The notes under the pieces: generated by a model
What the model was told of the DNA's origin: nothing
What the model saw: only the letters and a program-made list of their open reading frames with translations
The model's database searches: none
Program-made: the position numbers and the translations under genes
NCBI GenBank assembly: GCA_026705465.1
Contig: JAPPAP010000017.1
Location: forward strand, 6,100 to 70,099
Direction: 5' to 3'
Length of the DNA: 64,000 bases
DNA from: a bacterium
GTDB taxonomy: Bacteria; Actinomycetota; Acidimicrobiia; Acidimicrobiales; Bin134
Shown: in pieces, positions 62,576 through 64,000 of the stretch
How positions within the stretch are numbered: position 1 is the stretch's first letter
How the letters are laid out: each line of letters opens with the position of its first letter

Positions 62576-63103
62576 TCAGCGTTCGCCACCGGAGGCCACA
62601 TCCCAAGACCGGGATTGCGGGGCATCCACGTCTATCGGGTTGAGCCGCTCTTCGCGGGTGCGCTGGTGCTGCACTAGCAGCATGGCGTAGCCCAGCAGCA
62701 AAGCATCAATCAGCAGATGAATCACCAGGGCAAGGCCGCCGAAATACACGGCAAAGACGAACGTGGCCAGCGCGCTGAAGATGAGGGTCACGAGGATGCG
62801 GCGCCGACGGCGACGAGCATCAATTAAGGTGCGAGGTATTCCCCGAGACGAGCTCGACCCCATCTGAGAAGCGTACACCCGAGGGGGCAACGCGATATTG
62901 GGCCGAAGCGCGACCACCGGTGCCGACATTGCCCCCCTCTCAGCGAGGCGGGGGTGCACCGAGCGAATGGGAAGACCGAAACCAAGCTGTGACGAACGAC
63001 GCCTGCCCCTGAACTGGCCGCTGCGAGCCCGCCGGATCAGGGGTGGTATCAAAAAGGCAGCCCACGCGGCTGCCAAGATCATTAGCAACACTGACGTCAC
63101 CAA
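62576..63103 (-). CDS. Hypothetical membrane protein
   Basis: An N-terminal TM helix (VLLMILAAAWAAFLIPPLI) and two C-terminal TM helices are present. The start is TTG. Confidence 0.5.
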   Translation of the reverse strand: MVTSVLLMILAAAWAAFLIPPLIRRARSGQFRGRRRSSQLGFGLPIRSVHPRLAERGAMSAPVVALRPNIALPPRVYASQMGSSSSRGIPRTLIDARRRRRRILVTLIFSALATFVFAVYFGGLALVIHLLIDALLLGYAMLLVQHQRTREERLNPIDVDAPQSRSWDVASGGER

Positions 63104-63311
63104 TCTCGGGGGTCCCTTGCTGAGATAATGGTAAGCCGTGAACGCGCGCCCGATGGTGGATAGTCGTGCTTCAACTCCCCCTCAAGGACTCTTGCACTCT
63201 TCGTGACCATCTGCCGACGGACATTACGGCTGCTTGACACTTGTTACGGTTCTACTACAAAAAGTCCACCCGTGCCACCCGCTCTTTCCGCCGGCTGTTC
63301 GCGGTGGTGGC

Positions 63312-63815
63312 TCAGTCGTCGTAGACCGCGTCGGCGTCTCCGGAGCGCCGGTAGGAACCGGAGCGTCCACCCGTCTTCTCCCACAGGGCGACTTCGCCGA
63401 TCACCATCTCCTTGTCCCGCGATTTGCACATGTCGTACACGGTCAGCGCGGCCACGGAACACGCAGTGAGGGCTTCCATCTCCACCCCGGTCCGATCGAC
63501 CGTTTCCACCTCGGCCTCGATCTCGATATAGGTGTCCTCGATCCTGAAATTCACCAACACTGCCCCCACCAGCAACGGGTGGCACAGCGGAATGAGCTCG
63601 GGAGTGCGTTTGGCCGCCTGGATTCCCGCCACCCGGGCCACTGCCAGCACATCCCCTTTCCCTATGGCCCCCCGGGCCACCGCGGAGGCGGTGTCGGCGC
63701 TCATGAACACCTTGGCCCGAGCTATGGCCCGGCGATGCGAGGGGTCCTTGGGGGTAACGTCCACCATGCGGGCGCGTCCCAAGGGGTCGATGTGGGTGAA
63801 CCCGGCGTCGGTCAT
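63312..63815 (-). CDS. moaC: Cyclic pyranopterin monophosphate synthase MoaC
   Basis: The sequences are ...MVDVTPKD...GDVLAVARVAGIQAAKRTPELIPLCHPL...VEMEALTA.... Confidence 0.95.
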   Translation of the reverse strand: MTDAGFTHIDPLGRARMVDVTPKDPSHRRAIARAKVFMSADTASAVARGAIGKGDVLAVARVAGIQAAKRTPELIPLCHPLLVGAVLVNFRIEDTYIEIEAEVETVDRTGVEMEALTACSVAALTVYDMCKSRDKEMVIGEVALWEKTGGRSGSYRRSGDADAVYDD

Positions 63816-63816
63816 T

Positions 63817-64000
63817 TCACCCCCCGATCTGGGACATCGAGCGGCCAGGGCGGATGAAATGCACCTGGTTGATGGCGTGACCGGCCCATTTGTCCTTCAC
63901 CACATCGGAGATGACCGCGGCGATCTCATCATCGCTCGCTCCCGAGCGCAGCAGCTTCCGGAGATCGTGCTCGTCCACGGCGAACAGGCAATTGCGGAAC
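63817..64000 (-). CDS. moaA: GTP 3',8-cyclase MoaA, C-terminal part (gene continues beyond the window)
   Basis: The translated end ...FRNCLFAVDEHDLRKLLRSGASDDEIAAVISDVVKDKWAGHAI...RSMSQIGG matches the MoaA C-terminus. The stop is at 63817-63819, 1 nt before the moaC start. Confidence 0.85.
   Translation of the reverse strand, partial: FRNCLFAVDEHDLRKLLRSGASDDEIAAVISDVVKDKWAGHAINQVHFIRPGRSMSQIGG

Noticed and set aside
63234-63261. Sigma-70-like promoter (TTGACA-N16-TACAAA) on the plus strand pointing antisense into moaC
   Set aside because: It is a single hexamer match in the one AT-rich spacer of the region. There is no plus-strand gene or structured RNA downstream, so a chance occurrence is likely.

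Overview
High-GC, Actinomycetota-like chromosomal window; the exact taxon cannot be determined from this sequence. It is densely coding: about 75 protein genes and 3 tRNAs (Pro-TGG, Glu-CTC, Ala-CGC). I saw no rRNA, CRISPR array, integrase or transposase. Positions 1-7700 are an accessory toxin-antitoxin/defence-type island. It holds an Abi_C/TIGR02391-like gene, a protein with a nucleoside 2-deoxyribosyltransferase/TIR-like domain, a GIY-YIG gene broken by an in-frame TAA, and a yefM-parE cassette flanked by direct repeats. It also holds a zeta-toxin-like kinase pair, a DUF2442 gene and an AAA/DUF4143 ATPase, with several decayed gene fragments. The rest is core-like catabolic DNA. This includes a sulfatase plus TauD-like dioxygenase, an hsaA-hsaD-hsaC steroid ring-cleavage block, LLM/F420 oxidoreductases, a sulfotransferase, many SDRs and a P450. 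Beta-oxidation genes, an ABC importer with two tandem substrate-binding paralogues and no ATPase, and a circularly-permuted ATP-grasp/alpha-E/transglutaminase triad are also present, as are carD, rsgA, moaC, a partial moaA, and mazEF and vapBC modules. The most interesting observation is two genes that each carry an in-frame TGA within a UxxC context, followed about 11-17 nt later by a stable hairpin with GU in the apical loop. One is a UGSC-motif protein at 35591-36130, which the ORF track splits in two. The other is a SAM-dependent methyltransferase at 42815-43882, which the ORF track truncates. Both look like unannotated selenoproteins. Second-tier observations are an 85-bp direct repeat bracketing the P450 gene that creates a translationally coupled leader ORF, and the repeat-flanked TA cassette. 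All functional calls come from reading the translated ORFs by eye; no database search was run.
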